Assembly (NCBI GenBank): GCA_032718475.1
Contig: JAUCBJ010004233.1
Location: forward strand, 1 to 58,792
DNA: 58,792 bases
Direction of reading: 5' to 3'
Source of the DNA: Nemertoderma westbladi
Taxonomy: Eukaryota > Animalia > Xenacoelomorpha
This document shows, in pieces, positions 13,417-25,067 of this stretch. Both the position numbers and the translations under genes were made by a program. A model generated the notes under the pieces. It saw nothing but the letters and a program-made list of their open reading frames with translations, was not told where the DNA came from and did not search any database. Position 1 is the first letter of the stretch. The number at the start of each line of letters is the position of its first letter.

Positions 13417-14610
13417 TTTAGGTATAGTGACAAATTTTACCTCCAAATCTCTGGTGCGCCCATGGGAGGCTCACATAGCGGTGATTATGCCGTTATAGCC
13501 TCATGCAGAGTCCTCAAGCGAGCCCTAAATACCACCCTTTACTCAGCCCAGTATTTTAAAACACTCGTTGACGATAGTATTGTTGAATTCGATAGGGAAC
13601 TTAACACCAATGAGTTAAGTGGTTTGAAAACGTCACTCAACCAAGCCTGCCTCGAACTATATAATACGAACTCAATACAATTCACCATAGAACACTCCTA
13701 CTCCACCTTAAACTACCTTGACCTCACAATATACCGCCAGGATGACAAATTACTTACCCACCTATATAAGAAGCCCATGTCCAATAAATTACCCATCCTA
13801 TACGCTAGTTTTCACCATAAACCCACCCTACTCGCAGTTGTTAAAGCTGAAATCCTCCGTTACCGCAGACTTACTGACTCAGATAACCTTTTTAATGTCA
13901 CCCGCCATAATTACTTGGAACTATGCAAACTTAGAGGATACCCACTAAACTTCTTACTATCAATGTATCTATGGAAACCAGCCAAACAGTTACCCGCCAC
14001 CTACACCACTATACAGCATACTCACCCTCCCCCCATCTACATACCCACAACTCCTTATTTTTTAACATCTATGTCCAAAACCATCGCCCGGCATCAAAAC
14101 CACCTTAGTAACATAGGTATTGCCATTAAACCCGTCCCACGCAACCTCCCAAACCTTGGACAAATGCTTATACGTAAACTAGACCCACTTATCTCGGTAG
14201 GTAATCACCAATGTCGCGCTCCCCGTTGCTTATGTTGTCTAGCCATTACAAACCTTCGTAAAACACACTGGAATGAATCCATTCACGGCCGCTTTAACTG
14301 CAAATCCCACAATGTGCTCTACATTATCTCCTGTAGAACTCATCCGAGTGATTTCTACATCGGCCAGACGGAACAATTCCTCCACGACCGGCTTAATAAG
14401 CACAGACATAGTATTAGGGAAGCCCGTAAAGGCTGCGACCCAACTAGCCCCGAAATCCTTCTCCTACAACATTTCACTAACTGTGAAATAGACCAACTGA
14501 CCGTAACCTGCTTTAAACAGTTCCGCAACCACCAGCGACGAGTTCATGCAGAGTCCTGTTACATTAATATGATCCACCCAACTCTTAATAAAGTTATACC
14601 TTCTATGTAA
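13417..14610 (+). CDS. Penelope-like RT (C-terminal part), Cys-rich linker and GIY-YIG endonuclease; 5'-truncated
   Basis: FYLQISGAPMGG, LVDD, LNYLDLTI, LYKKP, CRAPRCLCC, VLYIISC...FYIGQT...RLNKH...HF...ESCYI...PTLN. Confidence 0.92.
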   Translation, partial: FRYSDKFYLQISGAPMGGSHSGDYAVIASCRVLKRALNTTLYSAQYFKTLVDDSIVEFDRELNTNELSGLKTSLNQACLELYNTNSIQFTIEHSYSTLNYLDLTIYRQDDKLLTHLYKKPMSNKLPILYASFHHKPTLLAVVKAEILRYRRLTDSDNLFNVTRHNYLELCKLRGYPLNFLLSMYLWKPAKQLPATYTTIQHTHPPPIYIPTTPYFLTSMSKTIARHQNHLSNIGIAIKPVPRNLPNLGQMLIRKLDPLISVGNHQCRAPRCLCCLAITNLRKTHWNESIHGRFNCKSHNVLYIISCRTHPSDFYIGQTEQFLHDRLNKHRHSIREARKGCDPTSPEILLLQHFTNCEIDQLTVTCFKQFRNHQRRVHAESCYINMIHPTLNKVIPSM

Positions 14611-15240
14611 TGCAAAATAATTTAATCATGTTAATCCTGCCACCCACCCGATACTAACTATCTACTGTATGTAGACTTATTTATTAATAATTTGATAAAT
14701 TTATTAAGTGCAATAACTACTGTATAAATATGCACTTAACTTAACTTATTTCCAGTAACACATTTGCTTAGTTTTAATCTTTGATATTATTTTTAATTTT
14801 CTACTGTTTAAATGTTTGGTGCAAAATAACACATATATTATTAATTTTTCTAATGTTTAACTATTTGGTGCAAAATAACACATATATTATTAAGTTTCTC
14901 AAGCCACTCACCCGCAATTAACTACCTACTGTATAAATTATGTTTACTTGGTTATCTTTTAGCAACTACTGTAAAGGTGCAACATACCGTACACACGGTA
15001 CACGTATGCAGCCTGATGACAGGCAGTCAGTGCTTAGGCTGTAGCGCCGTAGCCCCACCACAACTATGCAACTGCACTACCGGTACTCACAACGTTTCAC
15101 TGTTTTAATTAGGCCCCTAAATATTTCAATGTAAATTTCCCATTATTTACTGTAAATGCTGCTTGGTAGGTACCCTAAACTTTTAAATTGTGAACTAATT
15201 TTTAAATTTAATTATATTTTAACGCTATTTTAATTGAATA

Positions 15241-15282
15241 TACCGCTGAAGACGCCCGCGAGGGTGAAATGGCCATACGGTA
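15241..15282 (+). ncRNA. Minimal type I hammerhead ribozyme of the Penelope-like element
   Basis: taccg-CTGAAGA-c-gccc(gcga)gggt-GAAA-tggcca-TA-cggta: stem I taccg/cggta, GNRA-capped stem II, palindromic atggccat stem III; predicted cleavage after 15277. Confidence 0.85.
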
Positions 15283-16579
15283 AATAATTAACTTCATTTT
15301 TTATATATCCACGTGGTGAAAGACCCTTCCTTGCCTTTATTAATCCCGTAATTATGAATACGCCACGTAAAACGTCGTTCCGGTTAATCCAAAACCTAAC
15401 TTTATGCATACTGTACTACCAATGGAATAAAGTTAAACTAATACCAGAATAAAACCATGCTTTTTATTTCTATTATTCTCTCATTAGAATGCCTTATCAT
15501 AACATCATTGCCTTGTAAGCGCGATTAGAGTTATCCTCACAAGTTTTTTTCAAACTGAAATAAGATTATATTTCTGTGATCTTTTTATCATTATTCTACA
15601 GTTAATTATTACAAATGTGATTAACGATCCTCCTGTCTTACACATTTTATTACATAATTAAACTGTAAGCTGTTACGTAATTTATACACCAATTTTGAGG
15701 AAAAAATGTAAATAAATAAGTGGTGTGATCTCTGGTTGACTGTTAAAAATATTAATATTTACAAAATAATAAGATACGAAAATAGGATACGAAATACGAA
15801 AAATATTTATTCGTATTATACGATACGAAGTCAATTTTTATGATACGATACGAAATTCGATACGAATAAATTACTGCTATACGAAATACGAAAATCCGTT
15901 TTCGTATCGTATCGTATCCTGTCCCTGCTAATAAGTAGCACTTTTCAGTGTTCGGACGTATGACGACAAGAGTTACTAACTCCTATTAATCTCCCACTCA
16001 AGCCGTCCTTTAATAAGTATATATTAGAGAAGAGAACGCCTTGTCCCAACTCAAAATTTAAACTTTAACTCATAGTTTTAACAAAATATGATACTTGTTC
16101 AAAAGTATTCCATTGCAACATGTGAGTGAATGTGAAATAATTTCAAACTTCAGTAAATCCTTTGACGATAAACCCCAACTAGGTTTCTTAGGCTATACAC
16201 AGATTTAGATAACGCGTTTTGAGTTCAGTGGATCACTCAAATAATTTCTGCTTGTGTTAAGGTTGAGTGAGACTGTCTGTCTATGTTGGTTGCATCACGG
16301 GACGGGAGGGGCCTTGCATTGCATCTTTTGGTCCTGGAGCAGTCATCTATCAGCTTATCATCACCCTTTGTTGAACTGGGATCATATGATATACCTTGGC
16401 GGGAATACATAACTATGTATGTCCATTTTGTTGACATTTTGTCACATTAAGATTCTGGACATCTGGAGGACTCTGATAGTCGGTCAGACATTGAGTCTTA
16501 TGTTTCAATTCTGTTGGTAAATCTATTCGTACATCTTCCGGAGATGCAAACATATATTTTTCAACATTTTCATTTTTAG

Positions 16580-17453
16580 GGCCAAATTCGAAAGGGTTTA
16601 CGATGTAACCAATGGGAATGATTTCCAGAATATCGATTCCGAGAGGTACGGTTCCTTCCGAGAATTCTTCCTAAACCAGCCGCATTCGATATCTCAAAGC
16701 ACAACTGCACTGCCTGACAGGTACATTGGTACAATGGTGCGACAAACCACGTGTAACTTCGGCCCCTGTTCCAGCATGAAAGACCCCGAATTCCAAAGGA
16801 AGTTCTTTGTGGACCCAGACGTACCCAATACCATCCGAGCGGTGTTCGCAATAGCGAAAGGAATCGAGGATTACATTCGTAGTCATTGCATTCGCAACAC
16901 GCAAGTCCAGAATTCGTGGCCCTTCCCTCAGTCGCAGGAAAAATACAAAGACTTGGAAGAAACGAACCCCCGGAAGTACGGAATCTGTTACAATTTACCA
17001 AACAGCGGTGGCGCAACGTTTACGGACCACGAGTTCCGTGACGATCTCTTCGACGCGATCCGATCAGCGCGCGTCGTCGAGGGATATCAGAGCTTCAACT
17101 TCTGGTTCGATGGGACCGGGGACGCCGAGTGGGACATCGTGAACTACCAGGCGAGTTCCGGGACGGTTGAGGGGGAGGACGAACGGATCTACCGGAATAT
17201 CGGGACGGCTAGAGGCCCGCGCGTCGTGATCCATCGGCCCGCGCAGTTCTACACCGCGTCCGGGAATCTAATGGAAGTCGATACGGAGGAAACTAAGTCC
17301 TTCTGTTACGAGTACGATAACTGCAACTACGACTGCGAGATACAGCGCGCGCGCGCCTCCTGCATGCTGGAGGGTGGGGTAAACTCTTCCGAAACACTCC
17401 GATGGAGTTACTCACTTATCTTATTCGCTTTCATGTTGTTTCACTTAGTCTAA
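16580..17453 (+). CDS. Terminal coding exon 3 of the VFT-domain gene, ending in a hydrophobic GPI-signal-like tail
   Basis: catttttag acceptor; phase matches exon 2 and the frame is open into the 16734 ORF. Motifs TIRAVFAIAKGI, FDGTGDAEWDIVNYQ, YRNIG, SFC. C-terminus GGVNSSETLRWSYSLILFAFMLFHLV*. Total CDS 846+161+874=1881 nt. Confidence 0.88.
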
Positions 17454-18199
17454 CTGCTGCTGCTGCATTTATTCATCAGTAACCTTTGGAGCTGTTTTCA
17501 TACCCTTTTTCGATCATTCTTATATGCCCTGGCATCCTTCTTATATACTTCAGAGTCAGACATAAAACAACGCACGCGCAAAACTTTTTATAAAAACAAA
17601 TTTGAGGTAATACAATTTGTATGAATTTACTTCGAAAATACTAAGAATATTTATTTGTATAAACTTCTATACCAGCAATGTATAATAACTTGTATATATC
17701 CATAAATTATATTTCACGCCCTCTATATTTCATTTCTTTAGATTATTCATTTTTTCTAAAACCGACCTAATTCAATTAATCCTCCTTCTCTAACACTTAG
17801 TACTGATGTTTCACTATAAATTTATTCTTTTTTTTCTACTTTTTTTTTACGTGTTTCTTGTTTTATGTCTTTTTGAAGTGTTATTTAGAAGAGTAAGCTA
17901 CTGTTTGTCTACAGTATGGTGCGTTGCAGTCTACAGGTCTCAAATAACAGGTTGTCTGGCTAACCTGCCTAATTGCTGCTGGACTGATCCTATGAAGTAA
18001 CTTTTTATTCTCAAATTGCAACATTACTTTACTCATTGTCAGGAATTTATTCATAACCAAAACCAAAACTAAATATAATAAAAAATTACCAAATCTTATA
18101 TTTCCGACACAAAATGTAATAATAGAACAGCATATCTGATTACAGGAATGGCGGCCCAAACGTCCAAACCCTAATTAAGACTGTCATGTAATCATTTAT

Positions 18200-18310
18200 T
18201 GCCACCTTGGTGTAGTGGTGGAGGTCGTGGGTTCGAACCCTGCATGGGGGCCAGGGCAGTTTTCGTTTCGGATTGGAGTTTCCTTTGGGAAGTCTAATTC
18301 TGGGGGAACC
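18200..18310 (+). mobile_element. tRNA-derived SINE-like head (degenerate)
   Basis: A-box-like tggtgtagtgg and B-box ggttcgaaccc with shortened spacing; no full cloverleaf. Confidence 0.55.
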
Positions 18311-19206
18311 GCACTAGAAATGAATAGTGATGTCAGACTTTCACTTTTAGTTTTATAAGTAACTTTCATTTTACTTTTTTAAATTTATAATCCAAAGGTT
18401 TATTTATTTTATCAATAATATAAAGTGGAATTTCCGACGTTATTACAATTGGCGGCTTTTGGAAATATAAAATTTGTTAAAAAAAATTTAGTGTTTCGTG
18501 TAAAATAGTTTGTAAAATCATATAATTTCTTTTAAATTTAAAGAAAACTTTAATTGTGTTAATAATTGTTCTCGGCGATATATTAAACACCGCACGACCG
18601 AATACTCATGAAGTAATGTTACAATTTTATTTGTAAATCGCGTACATTAAGTATGGTGTGTCGATTAATTTATCCTGTTTCATGTAATTATATATAGCAG
18701 TTTGTTGTACGATATATTTTTATACATGTTTTTATAAACTATTTATTTGTTAGTTGAATACATTGTGCAACGTCTTGGTGTAGTAGATTGTAATATTTAC
18801 TTTATTTAATTTATAGGCCGCGGCCAAACTTACCATTAGGCATGTCTGTGCCGCGGATATTACAGTAGTACAGGGGTAAATATACCATAGCTGAAACGTC
18901 ATTTAAGCGAAAACGCAGGTATATTTCACTCAGGTAATTTTGGCCGCTGCCGCAGCAATTTTTTGGTTTAATGTAAACAAATTTATATACTTAGTTAGTT
19001 ATGAGCCAAGAAAGTAATATATTATTGTATCACCCAATATTTTTTCTAGTAGGGAAAATTTGTTTTTTTTCTACTTGTGAAGTTTTTGGGCCTTTCTATT
19101 TTCCTCACCACAAAACGTTTTATTTTGTTAATTATTATTATCTCTTTTCAAATTATTGAATTGTTGAAATTATTGATCTTACAGCAGATCTGGATCGCTT
19201 AAGCTT

Positions 19207-19359
19207 CATATGGATCATCCCGATATCATATGGCTCATCCGGATATCATATGGATCATCCGGATATCATATGGATCATCCGGATATCATATGGATCATCC
19301 GCATATCATATGGATCATCCGGATATCATATGGATCATCCGGATATCATATGGATCATC
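19207..19359. repeat. 20-bp minisatellite (catatggatcatccggatat) x about 7.5
   Basis: Tandem units built from short palindromes catatg, gatc, atccggat, gatatc. Confidence 0.95.
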
Positions 19360-22300
19360 ACTATTCTCAGTGGATCACGGAGAACTTATTGTATTTTATT
19401 CGCGTTATATTTCGTAATAATTTTATTCCAAATTATTTAGTTAAATCATTTTGCCTGAGATCTAAAATAAGTCGATATTTTACTCGATTCTAGTAAAGAG
19501 GCGCATTAGAAAACAGCTGGGAATATTTAATAAAGGCGCCGGTAGGCATTACAGTTCTAGATGAGTAGGCTACCCGTAATCTAAAACTTGAAATTGTTTT
19601 ACGGTTGCCTTTGTTTCCTCTCAAACATTGAAAATTATTAAATTATTTAGGTGTAGGCTTTTGCTGTAGGAGGGAGGCCTATCTATCAGTCAAATATACA
19701 AATATAAAGATTTAATAAATTGCAACTGGTTTTTCCAGCTGATGTAAATTGAAATATTTGTAGAGTGGTCGAGCTTTATTTACATCTAGGGGTCATTGTA
19801 AGGGGAAATGACTATTATTAAATTAAAAAAGTAATCGGCAAACACCGCTTTTTACGCTCATTTTCAGTTTAGTGAAATTGAACTATTCTGTCCGAGTGGT
19901 TGAGTCACTGGTTGGCATTCTAGAACTCGCTTCGCTCGTGTAAAACTCAACACACGAGGGCTGAATACCTGAATTTCGCTAAAGACGATGCCCTGGAAAA
20001 TAGTGTTTTATGTTACGTTTTTATATCGAATATTTTGTTTTATTTGAAAAAAAAAAGCAGGACTTCGATATTAATAGGACACAAATCTACCGAAAAAAAC
20101 GTTTCATTAAAATAATTGTGGAGCACGTCCAGATCGCCAATATTGTTATTGTAGGCCTATTATGCCTACTCTGGAGTCCCGAATAGACAGGGTGGGTGGA
20201 AAAATTTTATTATGCTAATAGTCGGGGTGGCTGGAATGAACGTGGTGGGTGGAAAATTAGGCCTACTTACTTAACATACAGTATAGGCGTACAGGTACAG
20301 TAGTACCTACGGCTACCGGTGGTATACTCGGTTCGGTACACGGATTTTCACTTTCAACTCTCAATTATTATGAGAACAAACGTTATTTACTCATAATAAA
20401 AAATGTACTAATTAAAAAAAAAATTAATAATACCACGTCCGGTACGTCTCGCAGCCTTTCTGCAGGATGGGCCAGGACTATTCAAGTACCTATATTATTA
20501 TGACTGCACAGTAGACCTTACTGTCTTACTGTTTACAAACACCATACAGCCGTTCTAAGTATCGTTAACTCCTTTTTACACATTGACATTGTATCATACC
20601 TACACCCTGTCAGCCTGTCTGTATGGCAGGAGTCGAAATTCCTTTCCGGTTCCGGTTAAACTAATTAGTTTCATTTTGATTAGTGAGGTGAGTGAGGTTG
20701 ATTAGTGAGGTGAGATTAATGAGGATTACAAATTTGAAAACCGCTTAGTGAGACCTCTCTCGAGTTATCACTGTTTTTCTGTACTAAGACGGTCTGTCCG
20801 TCAAATTGTAAGAAAGACAGAAAACCGACAGACAGACAGACAGACCAGATTCCACCAAACATTAAAACTAACATCGGAAATGAAATCAGCGACCCCGAAA
20901 ACCCCCGTAATGAAAATTTTAGCTTTTTGGTGTGCAACCTTCGTACCAGAAATAATTAACTAACCAGAACACAGACAGTTACTGTAATAAGGTTAATAAG
21001 GTTTAAACTTTGAAGAACTTTTCTCGGAATGAGATTTTTCTATTCCTCCGTCATTTTTCAACCAATTTTCTTCGTTTTTGGCCCATCCGAAAGAGCTTTG
21101 GAAGCTCTTTAAAAGTTATCTTACGGAATTTTGATAAATATTACAATTTTTTGTAATTAGCCAATTTGAATTAAAAATATGATAATTATAATTAATATAA
21201 TTAATTACAATAAAAATGGCTAATTAAAAATTATATAAGATATCTTTTGTAGAGTCGATGACGCTGAGTTTAAAAAAGTTCGTTTCAAGAAATCTGGACC
21301 ACGATTGAGGGACTAGTAGCAATTTTAGTAAAATCTTTAATTCCGCCGCCAGCCGTTAGTGATAGCGGCTAAGCGAGATCTTTTTTCGTTCCGGAGATTT
21401 TGAACTTTTAATAACACCATTTCCGATGAGTAATCTGTGCTGACGAAACGAGGATACAAATTGTTGTGCGAAAAGTTGTGCTCTTGCAGTTGTTACTTTA
21501 CCTTCCCACCAAAGTTGTATGTTTGTTTTATAAAATTGAAATTTTTTTTTTCAAAATCTGACTGAAATGTTTGTGTTCGATATTTCAGTCGGGTTTCGTG
21601 AAATGTTTTTGAAATTGACATGAAAAAGTGTGAAATTTCCAAAATTCAACATATTTTTTTTAAATTTTTTTTCAAAATTTTTATTTTATTTTGTAACTTC
21701 TAAAAAAAATATTTTATTTTATTAAAATTCTTCTATTATTTTTATCCCAAAAATTATAAAACACTAATCTGCAATCATAATCGGCCTTCAAGGCCTCCTC
21801 TTTAACAACAAACTTAAATGTGAAGTACAAGGAAGTAAAGGTTATATAGTAGGCCCTACTACAGTACTACAAAACTAAATCACAGGTATGCAATACAGCA
21901 TAGCATGAGGGTTTTCAATAGGTTTAAAACTTGTAGGTATAACATTTTCTTTCACAAATTTACTGATTATGGCAGATAACAGTTTGAATTTCCCAGACGT
22001 TTGAATTTTTTACAGAAAATCCATATTTAATGAGAAAAGAGTTATAAAATTAGTTTGGCCATTTTTGGTGAGAATCACCCATTGTCTAGGGGTGTATAAT
22101 AAATTTGTAGGAAAAAACTACAATCACTATTCCTGCGAGGGTTTTCAATAGGTTTAAAACTTCTTATGGGGTGGTGAGAGGGGAAGGGGGGGGGGGGGGG
22201 GTGGGGGGGACTCCCAAAAAACAGACATTTTATAAACGTTTGTTATTCTTTGTAATCGGGCAATTTTACTATTGTGCTCCAGTCAATGAACATATGATTA

Positions 22301-23119
22301 AATAATACTTTGAAATATGTGTTTACTCTTTTCGACGCCCTCCAGCAGCTCAGAAAAAAAATTTTTTTATAAAAAAAAGCTTCTAGTCACGGAGTTTAGT
22401 GTTTTTTGTTCAGAAACAACACCTTAATCTAATGTATTTTGCACATTTTTTGAGTTTTTTTTTCGTGTATGTATGTAATGTATTTTTCAGTTTTTTTTTA
22501 ATTTACACCAAATTTTGCACAAAATGTTGAAGTTTTTTTTGGAAACTATCAACCCAGTACAATTTTCATGACCAAATGAAAAATTCTACCATAATACAAT
22601 TCGACGACTAGGTTACAAGATTTCCAACAAAAAATTGGACAAATCCGCAAAAATGACGAAGTATTAGCAAATAAAAAATTTAAAAATATAATTTCCGAGA
22701 TACTGTAGGCCTAAAGTTTAAACCTTCCCCCGCAAAACCTTATTGTTAGCGTATTCAATTCCGCTAACCACCCCACACAAAGTTGGTTTAAGCAATATTG
22801 GGAGCACGAGGTTGATTACCAATCAACCTCGTGTCACCCCAATAAACGGGGACAACAGGCCCCAAGGGAACACACAGCGGGGGTCAGAGGTTATACCTCC
22901 GGGAGGGAGAGAGTGATAGCAGCAGGGGGAAACACTCCCAGAGAGATGGGAGGCGAGAAGTGAGTTATTAGCCAATGGGGGGAAGGCATCCACTGAGTAA
23001 CGTAATACGGCCAACCAGTGCAATATATCCCTGTAGGTACAATATTACCTGAGAACGCAAGCAATATAATATTAACAGAGAAACAGACAGGGAATCCTTC
23101 CTTCAAATCGTCAGACTTT

Positions 23120-23280
23120 CGTCGGACGAAATATAAGTTTGCACAAAGTTTGCATTAATTTCATCAAAATTTGATTTGAGTTATTTACAAATTTTCCACA
23201 GTACAGACCGACTGACAGACAAGGGTTGAAGCACAGTTACCCTTATGCTAACCTAGCTTACTTCGTCGTTCGACAACATA
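23120..23280 (-). mobile_element. 5' module of a related HINE-like element on the minus strand
   Basis: Reverse complement tgttgtcgaacgacgaagtaagctaggttagcataagggt...gtctgtcagtcggtctgt resembles the 5' modules at 6558 and 33727; 3' end not located. Confidence 0.4.
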
Positions 23281-23297
23281 ATTTAGTTGAACCGGAT

Positions 23298-25067
23298 AAG
23301 GTTCCTGTTAAAAGGCTCCTGTTAAAAGGCTCCTGTTGAAAGGCTCCTGTTGAAAGGCTCATGTTGAAAGGCTCCTGTTGAAAGGCTCTTGTTGAAAGGC
23401 TACTGTTGAAAGGCTCCTGTTGAAAGGCTCCTGTTGAAATGCTCCTGTTGAAAGGCTCATGTTGAAAGGCTCCTGTTGAAAGGCTCTTGTTGAAAGGCTA
23501 CTGTTGAAAGGCTCCTGTTGAAAGGCTTCTGTTGAAAGGCTCTTGTCGAAAGGCTACTGTTGAAAGGCTCCTGTTGAAAGGATCCTGTTGAAATGCTCAT
23601 GTTGAAAGACTCATATTTAAATGATCCTTTTGGATGGCTGCGTCGAAAGGATCCTGTTGAACGACTCCTGTTGAAAGGCTATTGTTGTACGGCTCCTGTT
23701 GAAAGGCTCCTGTTGAAAGGCTACTGTTGAAAGGATCCTGTTGAAAGGCTCCTGTTGGAAGGATCACTTTGAAAGGCTCCTGTTGAAAGTCTCCTATTAA
23801 AGTCTCCTGTTGGTAGACGGCGTCGAAAGGCTCCTGTTGAAAGACCCCTGTTGAAAGGCTACTGTTGTAAGGCTTCTGTTGAAAAGCTACTGTTGTAAGG
23901 CTACTGCTGAATGGCTCTTGTCGAAAGGCTCATATTCAAAGGCTCCTGTTGAAAGGCTCCTGTTGAATGGTTCCTATTTAAAGGCTCCTATTTAAAGGCT
24001 GCGTTGAAAGGTTTTTGTAGAAAGGATCCTGTTGAAAGGGTCATATTTAAAGGCATCTGTTGAGAGGCTACTGTTGTAAGGCTCCTGTTGAAAGGCTCCT
24101 GTTGAAAGGCTCCCGTTGAAAGGCTCTTGCCAAAAGGCAACTATTGAAAGGCTTCTGTTAAAGGGCTCCTGTCGAAAGTCTCCTGTTGAAAGGCTCCTGT
24201 TGAAAGGCTCCTGTTGAAAGGCTCCCATTGAAAGGCTCCTGTTGAAAGGCTCCTGTTGAAAGGCTCTTGTCGAAAGGCTACTGTGGAAATGCTCCTGTTG
24301 AAAAGGTCCTGTTGAAAGGGTCCTGTTGAAATGATAATCTTAAGGGTTCTTGTTGAAAAGCTCCTGTTCAAAGGCCCCTGTTCAAACGCTATATTTCAAA
24401 TTTAAAGGCTACTGTACAAAGGCTACTGTTGAAGGGCTATTATTGAAAGGCTACTGTTTAAAGGCTCCTGTTAAAGGCTGCCGTTGAAAGGCTCCTATTT
24501 AACGGCTCATATTGAAAGGCTCCTTTGAAACGCTCCTGTTGAAAGGATCCTGTTGAAAGGCTCCTTTTTAAAAGCTCAAATTTAAAGGATCCTGTTGGAA
24601 GGCTGCGACGAAAGGCTCTTGTTGAAAGACTCCTGTTGAAAGGCTACTGTTGTAAGGCTCCTGTTGAAAGGCTCCTGTTGAAAGTATCCTGTTGAAAGCT
24701 CCTGTTGAAAGGCTCCTATTTAAAGACTTCCGTTGAAAGGCTACTGTTGTAAGGCTCCCGTTGAAAGGCTCCTATTTTAAGGCTGCGTTGAAAGGCTCCT
24801 GTTGAAAGGATCTTGTTGAAAAGCTCCTGTTGAAAGGATCATTTTTAAAGACTCCTGTTGAAAGCCTACTTTACTGTTGTGAGGTTCCTGATGAAGCTTG
24901 TCGAAAGGCTACTGTTGAAAGGCTCCTGTTGAAAGGCTACTGTTGGGCTCTTGTTGAAAGGGTCCAGTTGAAACGCTTCTGTTGAAAGGCTCCTCATTGA
25001 AAGGCTCCTGTTGAAAAGCTCCTGTTAAAAGGCTCCTGTTGAAAAGCTCCTGTTGAAAGGCTCCTGT
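23298..25067. repeat. 15-bp satellite (ctgttgaaaggctc[c/t/a])n, copy 1
   Basis: About 1.77 kb diverged tandem array. Confidence 0.97.

Larger units (their letters stand above)
13325..15398 (+). mobile_element. 5'-truncated Penelope-like retroelement (Neptune-like) with inverted partial pseudo-LTR
   Basis: 12-bp direct repeat actttatgcata at 13313-13324 and 15399-15410 (TSD-like); 92-bp perfect inverted repeat 13321-13412 / 15265-15356; RT plus GIY-YIG ORF; hammerhead in the 3' region. Confidence 0.92.
12934..15927. mobile_element. Non-autonomous TIR element (hAT-like CAGGG ends) with (gatac)n subterminal repeats, interrupted by a Penelope-like element
   Basis: TIR cagggacaggatacgatacgat / atcgtatcgtatcctgtccctg; tacga/gatac repeats at both ends. 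TSD not clean (tatctaag vs ctaataag). Confidence 0.75.

Noticed and set aside
15011-15030. Second hammerhead at cctgatgac in the Penelope 3' region
   Set aside because: No stem II followed by GAAA and no stem I partner.
19210-19493. MDHPDIIWIIRISYGSSGYH ORFs
   Set aside because: Artefacts of the 20-bp minisatellite.
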